Of a stretch of DNA of 64,000 nucleotides, positions 25,281-34,417 are shown in pieces. Under the pieces are notes generated by a model, which saw only the letters and a list, made by a program, of their open reading frames with translations, searched no databases and was not told where the DNA came from. Within the stretch, counting starts at the first letter, position 1. The number at the start of each line of letters is the position of its first letter. The translations under genes were made by a program, and so were the position numbers. Source of the DNA: an uncultured Rhodothermales bacterium (GTDB lineage: Bacteria; Bacteroidota; Rhodothermia; Rhodothermales; Salinibacteraceae); the NCBI GenBank assembly GCA_964448045.1, contig CAYUVF010000005.1, positions 34,841-98,840 on the forward strand, read 5' to 3'.

Positions 25281-25322
25281 CTATACCGTGTTGACTACTA
25301 TACTGTACTATACCGTGTTGAC
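25281..25322. repeat. 15-bp direct repeat (ctataccgtgttgac) x2, 27-bp period
   Basis: 25281-25295 is identical to 25308-25322. The second copy is the stop codon plus last four codons of glpR, so the first is an extra copy of the gene end in the convergent spacer. Confidence 0.85.
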
Positions 25323-26084
25323 CATAATGCCGCGATCTTCCAGCGCCTCAACGTGATGCGCTTCAACATTGGTATCGGTAATGACGCGGTGGATGTGCTC
25401 CAGCCCGCAAATTCGCCGTAATCCGCGACGCCCGAACTTGCTGGAGTCGGTCACCACGATGGTGCGCTGCGCCGTCCGGATCATCTGCTGGTTGAGCCGA
25501 GCCTCCAGCGAGTTTGTCGTCGTCAACCCGAATTCGACATCGAAACCGTCGACCCCAAGAAAGAGCTTGTCGCAGGTGTAGCCCTCGAGCATTTCCTCGG
25601 CGTGCACCCCAACAGCCGACTTGGAGTTGTGGCGCACCATGCCGCCAAGCATCAAAATATCGACCCCCTTTCGTTTCGCAACCACCAGCGCGACGTTCAT
25701 CGCGTTGGTGATGATGGTTAACTCGTGCGTATCGGGCAGATGCTTGGCAACCTGGGTCATCGTCGTACCCGGTCCCATGATGATCGACTCCCGGCGGGAG
25801 ACCAGCGCGGCAGCGGTCTTACCGATGCGCCGCTTCTCTTCCGCAAACTCGGTCTCCTTTTCATCCAGTGGCCGCTCCCCTACGTAGGGATCGCGCAAAT
25901 TCGCTCCACCATAGGTACGGTACAGGAGGTCTCGGTCCTCTAACTCCCGCAGATCCTTTCGTATGGTGACCTTAGACACACCTAACTGATCGCTCAAGTC
26001 GGTCACCTTCACGTGGCCCGACTCGCGGAGTTGCTCCATGATAAAATTGTGCCGCTCTGCTGGGGTTTGGGACGCTTCGGCCAT
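25308..26084 (-). CDS. glpR: DeoR-family transcriptional repressor, GlpR-like
   Basis: N-terminal wHTH (VKVTDLSDQLGVSKVTIRKDLRELE) with a DeoR C-terminal sensor domain. Lies between the two glpK-glpD pairs. Confidence 0.85.
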   Translation of the reverse strand: MAEASQTPAERHNFIMEQLRESGHVKVTDLSDQLGVSKVTIRKDLRELEDRDLLYRTYGGANLRDPYVGERPLDEKETEFAEEKRRIGKTAAALVSRRESIIMGPGTTMTQVAKHLPDTHELTIITNAMNVALVVAKRKGVDILMLGGMVRHNSKSAVGVHAEEMLEGYTCDKLFLGVDGFDVEFGLTTTNSLEARLNQQMIRTAQRTIVVTDSSKFGRRGLRRICGLEHIHRVITDTNVEAHHVEALEDRGIMVNTV

Positions 26085-26491
26085 GCTGGATACAGTTCGT
26101 GATCGATACGTTCGAAGTCAAACGTATGAGATACCATATCGATTGACAACCTATCCGTCGCTATGAAAGCCATCTAACGGGATACTGATGGGGAACTACA
26201 TCCATGGATTGGAGAAAAACCCAACAAATCGAAATGCATCGATCATAACACAAACAAAACGAAATATTATGGACTGCTATTACTTTCGATACGAATCGAC
26301 TTAATAGCATTATAATGAAGATAATATTAAAATAGTCCCAAAACAACACTTAAAAGGGGATACATCTTAAGATTATTTGCAGAAAGCGCTTCCAAGTCGT
26401 AAGATGATATTGCGATTCGGAACAAAACGGTAAGCAGCGCTCGACAGTACGAACCTCGCTCGACAGTACGAACCAAAGTATAACGGTGGCT
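26085..26491. promoter_or_regulatory. AT-rich divergent control region between glpR and glpK copy 2
   Basis: 36 of 120 bases are G+C in 26221-26340 by my count. It contains a 7-bp inverted repeat atacgtt-N8-aacgtat (26106-26127), TCGAT-acga-ATCGA (26286-26299) and a tandem 18-mer just upstream of the glpK start. Confidence 0.6.
26438..26474. repeat. tandem 18-mer (cgctcgacagtacgaacc) x2, 19-bp period
   Basis: 26438-26455 is identical to 26457-26474. The repeat ends 17 nt upstream of the glpK copy-2 ATG at 26492. Confidence 0.9.
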
Positions 26492-28003
26492 ATGGAATAT
26501 ATTCTTTCTCTCGACCAAGGAACGACCAGCTCACGGGCGATTGTCTTCGACCATCACGGTGAAATCGAAGCGGTCGCCCAGAAGGAGTTCGAACAGATTT
26601 TCCCCGAGCCAGGCTGGGTGGAACATGACCCCAAGGAAATCTGGTCCTCGCAGAGCAGTGTGATGTACGAAGCGATCATCCGCGCTGGCATCCGTGCTCG
26701 CGACGTGGCTGCGCTCGGCATCACGAATCAGCGTGAGACGACGATCGTCTGGGACCGGGAAACCGGGGAGCCGATCTACAACGCGATTGTGTGGCAGGAC
26801 CGCCGCACCTCCGGAACCTGTGACCGCCTTAAAGATGCCGGGCACATCGACCTATTTCAGGAGAAGACAGGGCTCATCATCGATGCCTACTTCTCGGGGA
26901 CCAAGATCAAGTGGATCCTCGATAACGTCGACGGCGCCCGCGAGAAAGCCAACGAAGGCCGTCTGGCCTTTGGGACGGTGGACTCCTGGCTGGTATACAA
27001 CCTCACCGGCGGTGAAAAGCACATCACCGATGCAACCAACGCCTCCCGCACGCTCATCTACAATATCCACACCGGCGAGTGGGATGATGAGCTGTTGAAC
27101 ATCCTCGACATTCCCCACTCGATGCTTCCCGAGGTGCGCGACAGCAGCGAGGTCTACGGCCATACTCATGAAGACGTCATGGCGGCCTCTCTCCCCATCG
27201 CGGGTATCGCGGGCGATCAGCAGGCGGCGCTCTTCGGGCAGATGTGCACCTCCCCCGGCATGGGCAAAAACACGTACGGTACCGGTGCCTTTATGGTGCA
27301 GCATACCGGCAAGCAGGCCGTCAAGTCAGAGAATAATCTGCTGACGACGATTGCCTACCAGATCAACGACGAGACGTACTACGCGCTGGAAGGCAGCATC
27401 TTTATCGCAGGCGCGGTGGTGCAGTGGCTCCGCGACGGCCTGCATCTCATCCGGGAATCTTCGCAGATCGAAGCCCTGGCGCGGGAGGTCGACGACAACG
27501 GCGGCGTCTACCTCGTCCCCGCCTTTACCGGACTCGGTGCCCCGCACTGGGATCAGTATGCACGCGGTGTGCTGGCCGGTATCACGCGTGGCGTTTCCAA
27601 AGCTCACATCGCCCGCGCTGCGCTCGAAGGCATCGCCTATCAGGTCGCCGATGTGATCGACGCCATGGAGGCCGACTCGGGCATCGAAACGCTCGAACTC
27701 CGGGCCGACGGCGGCGCAGCAGCCAACGACCTGCTCCTCCAGTTCCAGTCCGATATCCTTGGCGTCCCTGTGGTGCGTCCCAAAACGCTGGAGACCACGG
27801 CCCTCGGTGCCGCCTATCTCGCCGGATTGGCTGTCGGTTACTGGGAAGATCAGGAGGCGATCAAAGATCAGTGGGAGGTCGACCAGCGCTTTACCCCGTC
27901 TATGGACGACGAGCGCGTGGCTGAGCTCCGGAAAGGGTGGAACCAGGCCCTTGACCGTGCCAAAGCCTGGGAGGAGCCCGACAAAAGTGGCGCCCCGGTG
28001 TAA
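26492..28003 (+). CDS. glpK: glycerol kinase (copy 2)
   Basis: Same motifs as copy 1. ATG 26492 ([12 protein letters not shown]) parallels the copy-1 start [12 protein letters not shown]. Confidence 0.95.
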   Translation: MEYILSLDQGTTSSRAIVFDHHGEIEAVAQKEFEQIFPEPGWVEHDPKEIWSSQSSVMYEAIIRAGIRARDVAALGITNQRETTIVWDRETGEPIYNAIVWQDRRTSGTCDRLKDAGHIDLFQEKTGLIIDAYFSGTKIKWILDNVDGAREKANEGRLAFGTVDSWLVYNLTGGEKHITDATNASRTLIYNIHTGEWDDELLNILDIPHSMLPEVRDSSEVYGHTHEDVMAASLPIAGIAGDQQAALFGQMCTSPGMGKNTYGTGAFMVQHTGKQAVKSENNLLTTIAYQINDETYYALEGSIFIAGAVVQWLRDGLHLIRESSQIEALAREVDDNGGVYLVPAFTGLGAPHWDQYARGVLAGITRGVSKAHIARAALEGIAYQVADVIDAMEADSGIETLELRADGGAAANDLLLQFQSDILGVPVVRPKTLETTALGAAYLAGLAVGYWEDQEAIKDQWEVDQRFTPSMDDERVAELRKGWNQALDRAKAWEEPDKSGAPV

Positions 28004-28050
28004 CTCACACCGCCCTCTCACTCTCTTTGCATATAAACCGCCCTCTTGTA

Positions 28051-29622
28051 ATGATTCGCGACGACATGATCGCCCGCATTCAGGACAAAGCATCGTGGGA
28101 TATCGCTGTGGTGGGCGGGGGCGCCACCGGGCTCGGGGTTGCTATCGACGCGGCAACACGGGGATACAGCACCGTGTTGCTGGAAATGTCGGACTTCGCC
28201 AAGGCCACCTCCAGTCGCAGCACCAAGCTCGTGCATGGAGGCGTGCGCTACTTGGAGCAGGGCAATATCTCCCTGGTGCTGGAAGCGCTTCAAGAGCGGG
28301 GTCTGCTTCGACAGAACGCCCCCCATCTTGTGCGCGACCTCACCTTCGTGGTCCCTACCTATTCCTGGTGGGAAAAACCCTATTATGGCATCGGGCTGAA
28401 GCTCTACGATATGCTGGCCGGATCGCAGAGCTTCGGCCGATCGGAGATTCTCTCCCGCACCGACGCCCTCGCCCGCGTCCCGAGCATCAATCCCGAGAAG
28501 CTGGGCGGCGGCATTCTGTACCACGACGGCCAGTTCGATGACGCCCGCCTGGCCATCAACATGGCCCAAACGGCCGTCGAGCAGGGCGCAGTGCTGGTCA
28601 ACTACATGAAAGTAGAGGCGCTAACTAAAGAGAACGGTACCATAAACGGCGTCGTCGCGCATGATCTGGAAAACGATGATGAATATCAGATCGAGGCGGA
28701 TGTCGTGATTAACGCGGCGGGGATTTTTTCGGATGATATCCGGCAGATGGACGACCCCGATGCGCCGAGCCGCATGCGGCCCAGCCAGGGTATCCACGTC
28801 GTGCTCGATCGCTCGTATCTGCCGGGCGAAAGCGGCCTGATGGTGCCCAAAACCGATGACGGACGGGTGCTATTTGCCCTGCCCTGGAACGATGTTGTCA
28901 TCGCAGGCACGACCGACACGCCAGTGGATGGCCCCCGCCTCGAACCCCGCCCCATGGATGACGAGATCGACTTCGTACTGGAGCATCTGCAGCAGTACCT
29001 GGACCGGTCGCCCACGCGGGATGACCTGCTGAGCATTTTCGCTGGCATCCGTCCGCTCGTCAGCACGAGCGACTCCGGAGACACATCCGACATCTCGCGC
29101 AACCACGAGATCAGCGTCTCCCGCGATGGCCTCCTGACCATCGCCGGTGGAAAGTGGACGACGTATCGCAACATGGCTGAGGAAACCGTGGACCGAGCCA
29201 TTGAAGTCGGCGCGCTCCCCTATCAGCCCTGCGAAACTGAGGCGCTTCATCTGCACGGCTACCACCAAGACGCGGATCAGTTTGAGCCCTTCCACCGCTA
29301 CGGCGCCGACGCGCCCCGCCTGCTCGATTTTATGGATCAGCACGACGAGCTCAGCGCGCCGCTCCACCCCGATTACGACGTCCGGAAGGGCCAGGTGGTG
29401 TGGGCTGCGCGCCACGAGATGGCGCGTACCGTCGACGATGTCCTCGCGCGCCGCACCCGCATGCTGCTCCGCGACGCACAGGCCAGCGTCCAGATGGCCC
29501 CTACCGTAGCCGAGCTGCTGGCCGGCGAGTTCGGCCGCAGCCCCTCGTGGCAGCACGAGCAGGTCGAGCGCTTCCAATCCATCGCGGATGAGTACATCGC
29601 CCAGACCCCAGCCACGGCCTGA
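28051..29622 (+). CDS. glpD: FAD-dependent glycerol-3-phosphate dehydrogenase (copy 2)
   Basis: VVGGGATGLGVAIDAATRGY, collinear with copy 1. ATG 28051 preferred to the TTG at 28027. Confidence 0.9.
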   Translation: MIRDDMIARIQDKASWDIAVVGGGATGLGVAIDAATRGYSTVLLEMSDFAKATSSRSTKLVHGGVRYLEQGNISLVLEALQERGLLRQNAPHLVRDLTFVVPTYSWWEKPYYGIGLKLYDMLAGSQSFGRSEILSRTDALARVPSINPEKLGGGILYHDGQFDDARLAINMAQTAVEQGAVLVNYMKVEALTKENGTINGVVAHDLENDDEYQIEADVVINAAGIFSDDIRQMDDPDAPSRMRPSQGIHVVLDRSYLPGESGLMVPKTDDGRVLFALPWNDVVIAGTTDTPVDGPRLEPRPMDDEIDFVLEHLQQYLDRSPTRDDLLSIFAGIRPLVSTSDSGDTSDISRNHEISVSRDGLLTIAGGKWTTYRNMAEETVDRAIEVGALPYQPCETEALHLHGYHQDADQFEPFHRYGADAPRLLDFMDQHDELSAPLHPDYDVRKGQVVWAARHEMARTVDDVLARRTRMLLRDAQASVQMAPTVAELLAGEFGRSPSWQHEQVERFQSIADEYIAQTPATA

Positions 29623-29708
29623 TTGGGCGTTCGATCCCCGCCTCACCCGGTGCGTCTCTATCGCCACCGCACCCTCGCACTTACCCCTCACCTATTTACG
29701 ATCACACC

Positions 29709-30911
29709 ATGAAAACCATCTACCGATCCTTCGTAGCTACGCTCGCGCTACTTGGCATGCTTGCAATGGCCATGCACACCCAACCCGCCGTTGCGCAAGA
29801 CAGCGACGGCGACTTTCCAACCATCGATTTTGCCGTCAACGTGATGCAGTCGGCCCAATACTTAGGGGTCGACGACACCAATCCATTGAAACGCCCGGAC
29901 CTCGATGAGGATCACGTGGGGTTTCATCGCATCCGGGCGGGCCTGAACCTGTCCGTACAATTTCACGAACGCGTCAGCGCGCTGGTGATGATCGAGTCGG
30001 AGCCGAACGACTTCGGCGGACTCGACGTGTCGTCTCAGTTCGAGCCGCAAGTAGACTTTGCCATTATGGACATTCAACTCACGGACGAACTGATCTTTCG
30101 CGCTGGCACCCCGGTTACCGGGCTCTTCAAGTTCCGCGGCTACTCGGACGGGCCTGTCGTACAGGGCAACCCGGTCATCGGGAACTCCCCAGCCGATATC
30201 ATCACGGCAGGACAGGGCGTGAAGCTCATTGGAAACTACGAGAGCGTAGGGTTCGACCTCACCGTGAACCGGGGCTTTGGGGAGTCCTTCCACTCTGGTG
30301 GCACGACGGGGGTTGACCTCATCGGCAACCTCACGATTCAGCCCAGTGAACAATATGGCCTGGGGCTCGGCATTGGCGCGGCAACGGGCAACAAGCTCCT
30401 GCAGGCGGCCGCGGGCGACGGCGAAAACTACAACCTTACGGGCGGGGCCAGCGCCTCGCGCGAGACGCACGCTGCCATGCCGGGCGAACTGATCATCCAG
30501 GGCGATGCCATGGCGAACGTATCCAATTTAAAAGTGAGTGCCTGGGGCGGCTTCGCCACCGGCCAAATTGCCGGCCAAACGCAGAACCCGGCGGTAAATG
30601 GATTGGGCGATGACGCTCAAGCCGCTTACGCAGGCGTGAACGCAAAGCTCGACGTCTCCCCCTCCGTATTTTTTGGACTGCGAGGGACGCTCGTCGCTAA
30701 CATTTCGGACGAAGACGACTCAAGCGTTTCGAGCGCCGACTTTTCCGAAAGTTCGTCCCTGAGCCGCCTGGAAGCCAGTGTTGGTTTCACGTTCTTCGAC
30801 GCCGCGATGCTCAAAGTGGGCGCCGTGCGCCAGGTCGAAGGCGCCAACTCCTTCGGGCAGATCGGCAATAATTGGTACGGTGCCGCAGCCGAGCTCTCGT
30901 TTGCCTTCTGA
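29709..30911 (+). CDS. outer-membrane beta-barrel (porin-like) protein
   Basis: Signal peptide ending AVAQ, alternating-hydrophobicity strands, Gly/Asn-rich turns and a terminal ...ELSFAF with C-terminal Phe. No specific family recognised. Confidence 0.6.
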   Translation: MKTIYRSFVATLALLGMLAMAMHTQPAVAQDSDGDFPTIDFAVNVMQSAQYLGVDDTNPLKRPDLDEDHVGFHRIRAGLNLSVQFHERVSALVMIESEPNDFGGLDVSSQFEPQVDFAIMDIQLTDELIFRAGTPVTGLFKFRGYSDGPVVQGNPVIGNSPADIITAGQGVKLIGNYESVGFDLTVNRGFGESFHSGGTTGVDLIGNLTIQPSEQYGLGLGIGAATGNKLLQAAAGDGENYNLTGGASASRETHAAMPGELIIQGDAMANVSNLKVSAWGGFATGQIAGQTQNPAVNGLGDDAQAAYAGVNAKLDVSPSVFFGLRGTLVANISDEDDSSVSSADFSESSSLSRLEASVGFTFFDAAMLKVGAVRQVEGANSFGQIGNNWYGAAAELSFAF

Positions 30912-31069
30912 GGCGGGATCGTGGGTTTGAGGGCAATGGACTCACAATAGCCCGGGAAACGCCAAAGCTGTTCCTACTTCCACCATCAAAGGAGGAGACG
31001 TGGAGTCTGTAAAAACAGTCGGCCGTCCCCTGGTAACTTTGTTCAGAGTGCAGTACTTCAAAACGGACC

Positions 31070-31115
31070 CGGCCGTACACTACACCGGCTTTCGGCCGTA
31101 CACTACACCGGCTTT
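31070..31115. repeat. perfect tandem duplication, 23 bp x2 (cggccgtacactacaccggcttt)
   Basis: 31070-31092 is identical to 31093-31115. It lies in the spacer between the porin-like gene and the membrane-protein gene. Confidence 0.9.
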
Positions 31116-31316
31116 TATTGTTCGCAGGCCGCTCGAACCGCTTCGAAGTGTCTAGTTTATTCGGATGGTTCCCCCTGCACGACGGTGTTGGACCTTCCAA
31201 CCGGAGTCGGTCGCATTCTCAGCGGCTCCCACCTTCGGTATCACCTACCACACGCAGTATTGGAAGCCCCCTGCTTTTTCTGAACTCGTTTTCTTCACCA
31301 CGGATCTTTTAATGCT

Positions 31317-32376
31317 ATGGAAGCTCTACTTGAGGTAAGCTGGATATACTTGATTCTCGCAGCTTTTGCCGGAGGCGCATTCGGTGCGTCCATCGGCGCG
31401 TTGCCTGCGTTTGTCTTTACCGGGATTATGGTTATTGCCGGCGAGGCTGGCGGATTAGGCGGCGTAACGGGTCAAATTGCTTTTGGCGCCGTCTTCGGTC
31501 CACACATTTCGTTTGCTGGAGGCGCTGCAGCGGCGGCTTACGCCGCAAAGAAAGGCTATATGGAAACAGGATTTGACTTCCACGAAGGGAAAAACATTAC
31601 GTACGCACTTGGAACCCGGGTCGACGTACTGGTCGTCGGAGGCCTTTTTGGCATTTTGGGACTCGTTATCACACAGATATCGGTGGGCTTTAGCTTACCC
31701 TGGGATGGAATTGCAATAGCAGTCGTGTTGTCAGCAATTCTGCACCGCGCCTTTCTCGGATACAGCATCATCGGTAAAGTTCAGGGCGACGGCATTCTCG
31801 ATATGACTCCGTTCGAGCGTGAAGAGAAAAAAGCCTTTGCAGAGGGCACGGTCATTGATCATGCCAAAGAACCGACCGAGCGTTTTGCGGTTGAACCCTG
31901 GCTCCCGCATCAGTACAAATGGGGATCGGTTGCCTTTCTCGGAATTGTGGTCGGGATACTGGGCGCCTTTATCGCGATCACAACGGGAAGTCCGTTTCTG
32001 GCATTCGGCATCAGCGCGGCCAGCCTCCTCTTCCTAAACCTCGGACGTCGCGGAATTTCCGGTCACGCACCACATTACCCTCCCGTCCAGCACCGCCGCG
32101 CTTGCGTACTTCGCAACGGTTGGTCAACCCATCGACGGAGGGGGCATGCTGGCCGATTTTGGTGACGGAACCGTATTTACCGGTCTTCTTGTTGGCGCAG
32201 CGTTCGGACTTGTGTGCGCGCTCTTCGGTGAGTTCTTTCAGCGGATCTTCTACGCGCACGGCGACACCCACGTGGACCCGCCCGCCGCCGCCATCGTCTT
32301 CGGCACCTTTCTGATTGCCCTGCTTTACTTTGCAGGCGTATTTAGCACGGGCATCTGGATTCCAGGTACGGTCTAA
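31317..32376 (+). pseudogene. multi-pass membrane protein interrupted by a +1 frameshift near 32040-32045
   Basis: ORF 31317..32165 reads as TM helices up to ...AASLLFLNL, then turns into an Arg/His-rich tail. The +1 frame is open from 32038 and reads SDVAEFPVTHHITLPSSTAALAYF...GGGMLADFGDG..., continuing into ORF 32146..32376, which is again TM-like. Confidence 0.6.
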
Positions 32377-32411
32377 GAGCGAAAGCTGTACTCCACATCG
32401 CTAATCGCTTT

Positions 32412-32450
32412 CCAGGAGGCGGGCTTTGGCCCGTCTCCTGGTTTGTTTGT
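32412..32450 (+). terminator. intrinsic terminator
   Basis: 13-bp stem ccaggaggcgggc / gcccgtctcctgg with one G-U pair and loop tttg, followed by tttgtttgt. Sits 36 nt after the stop at 32376. Confidence 0.75.
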
Positions 32451-32479
32451 AGACCGGTTGCCAAGAGACGCTACAGACG

Positions 32480-33568
32480 CTACGCATCAACCGCCTGCTC
32501 TCCATCCCTGGCGGTGCGCTCATCGCCCTGTAAAAAGGCCTCGGCCCGCTCGACCATCTCGGGGCTGCCGATGAACAGCGGCGTACGCTGGTGCAACTTC
32601 TCCGGGGTCTTCTCCAAAATGCGCTGGGTCCCATCCGAAGCGCGGCCCCCTGCCTGCTCCACAATGAAGCCCATCGGATTGGCCTCATACATCAGCCGCA
32701 GCTTGCCTTCCGGGCTGCTCTTGGTAGCCGGATAGAGATAGATGCCGCCCTTCAGCAGATTCCGGTGGAAGTCGGTCACGAACGAGCCGATGTACCGCGT
32801 CTTGGCCGGCCGGCCCGACTCCGGGGCGTCTTCCTGAAGCCAATCGAGGTAGTTGCGGAGCCCCTCTTCAAAGGAATGATAGTACCCGCTGTTGACGGAG
32901 AAGATGCGCCCCCGCGGCGGAATGGTGATTTGTGGATGCGACAGCAGAAACTCACCGATGGAGGGATCGAGCGTAAAGCCGTTGACACCGTGGCCTGTCG
33001 TATAGACGAGCATCGTCGAGGAACCGTACACGATGTACCCAGCCGCGACCTGCTCCGTCCCCGGTTGCAGAGCTGCATCCAGCTCGGGCCGGTCCTGCTC
33101 ATACTCATCGGGCAGCCGGTAGATACTGAAAATAGTCCCGACCGATACACACACGTCGATGTTAGAGGATCCGTCGAGCGGATCGAGCAAGACGATGTAT
33201 TTGCCATCGCCTTCGCTGTGGGTACTCAGCGGAATGGCTTCAGCATGCTCCTCAGAGCCGATCAGGCAGCACTCTCCCCCGCGACGAAGCGCCAAGACGA
33301 ACTCTTTATGTGCGAGCGCATCCATCTTCTTTTGCACCTCACCCTGCACGTTCGTTTCACCGGTATCGCCGTAAATGTCTACCAGACCTGCCCGGCGCAT
33401 ATCGCGGTTCACGATCTTTGCAGCCAGACTGATGTCCCGCAAGAGCCGGGAAAACGCACCGGTTGAGTGCGAAAAGCGGTCCTCCTGCTCCAGGATGAAC
33501 TGCTCCAGCGTCTTGAATTCTCCAAGTTCTGTGTCCATAAAACTGCCGCGGCCGTTGGAGTCTGTCAT
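32480..33568 (-). CDS. fbp: fructose-1,6-bisphosphatase class 1 (copy 2)
   Basis: DPLDGSSNIDVCVSVGTIF and LRLMYEANPMGFIVEQAGG motifs, collinear with copy 1. An alternative ATG lies at 33538. Confidence 0.9.
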   Translation of the reverse strand: MTDSNGRGSFMDTELGEFKTLEQFILEQEDRFSHSTGAFSRLLRDISLAAKIVNRDMRRAGLVDIYGDTGETNVQGEVQKKMDALAHKEFVLALRRGGECCLIGSEEHAEAIPLSTHSEGDGKYIVLLDPLDGSSNIDVCVSVGTIFSIYRLPDEYEQDRPELDAALQPGTEQVAAGYIVYGSSTMLVYTTGHGVNGFTLDPSIGEFLLSHPQITIPPRGRIFSVNSGYYHSFEEGLRNYLDWLQEDAPESGRPAKTRYIGSFVTDFHRNLLKGGIYLYPATKSSPEGKLRLMYEANPMGFIVEQAGGRASDGTQRILEKTPEKLHQRTPLFIGSPEMVERAEAFLQGDERTARDGEQAVDA

Positions 33569-33668
33569 AGCTCGTAGCGTTTGTTCAAGAAAGTAACGCG
33601 GGTGCCTGGAGGGCGCACGGCTTAAGATATGAAACGAGGGGATCGATTTCGAGAATGGACGACCGGAT

Positions 33669-34385
33669 TCAGGATTCGATGTCTAATCGCTCCAGATCGA
33701 TTTGTGCCAGAGTGCGGCGGGTGCGGGGCGCAGTTGTGCGCGTCGCCTCCAGATCGCGGATGCACCGGCGGAGTGCGGCGGGGGTGTCGACATCGTACCA
33801 GCGCGGCAGCACCGTAACCTCGGCCCCAGTGCGGGTCGCGCGCGCCATGGTTTCGCTGAAAACCTCCTCGTGGCTGTAGCGCATGTCCTCGAAGAGCTGT
33901 GGATAGTAGATATTCATGCCCAGGAGATAGTACCCTCCATCGGCGCTCGGGCCGATGCTGATCGCGCCAGGCTCGCGTAGCGCGACGAACGCCTGCTCGA
34001 TGAAGCTCGACGGCAGCGTGGGATGATCGGTGCCGATGAGAGCGACGCGTTCGGCGCCCTCGTCCAGCGTCTCGCGCACAGCATTCCGCATCCGCGCGCC
34101 GAGGCCGTCGCCTTGCTGGACGCGCACGGTGAAGTGCTCCGGTACCCAGCCTGTGGTGCCATGGGGTGCAGGCGGAGCCCAGTATAGACGTACCCCCAGG
34201 TCCAGGGACGCGTACTGCTCCAACGCATCGCGCAGGAAGGCGTCGTACAGTGCCGCGGCGTCTCCCGGCGTCAAAACCGGAGTGAGGCGCGTCTTGACAC
34301 GACCCGGCGCGGGCGGTTTGGCGAAGACGAGCAGTACATCGGCGGGGGCCTTCTCCGGGGGGGACGCGGCATCGGAGCGACTCAT
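33669..34385 (-). CDS. DUF2064/TIGR04282-type glycosyltransferase-like protein
   Basis: N-terminal LLVFAKPPAPGRVKTRL signature. Confidence 0.7.
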   Translation of the reverse strand: MSRSDAASPPEKAPADVLLVFAKPPAPGRVKTRLTPVLTPGDAAALYDAFLRDALEQYASLDLGVRLYWAPPAPHGTTGWVPEHFTVRVQQGDGLGARMRNAVRETLDEGAERVALIGTDHPTLPSSFIEQAFVALREPGAISIGPSADGGYYLLGMNIYYPQLFEDMRYSHEEVFSETMARATRTGAEVTVLPRWYDVDTPAALRRCIRDLEATRTTAPRTRRTLAQIDLERLDIES

Positions 34386-34417
34386 AAGATGGGGGGCTGG
34401 GTGAACGAAGTGCCGGT

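Noticed and set aside
26438-26474. Possible CRISPR array (this and the other exact direct repeats at 6223, 25281, 31070, 54703)
   Set aside because: Each has only two copies that abut or lie 1-12 nt apart. There are no unique spacers of CRISPR length, no cas genes in the window, and the repeat lengths are 14-23 bp.
26161-26518. Two short minus-strand ORFs (62 and 63 aa) inside the AT-rich glpR/glpK2 spacer
   Set aside because: Ile/Phe/Leu/Asn-rich products are typical of random AT-rich sequence. The second overlaps the glpK2 start. I treat the region as regulatory, although a tiny peptide cannot be excluded.
31919-32314. 131-aa ORF in the third + frame across the frameshift site of the membrane gene
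   Set aside because: The Arg/Pro/Ser-rich translation has no TM character, whereas the other two frames together give a continuous membrane protein.
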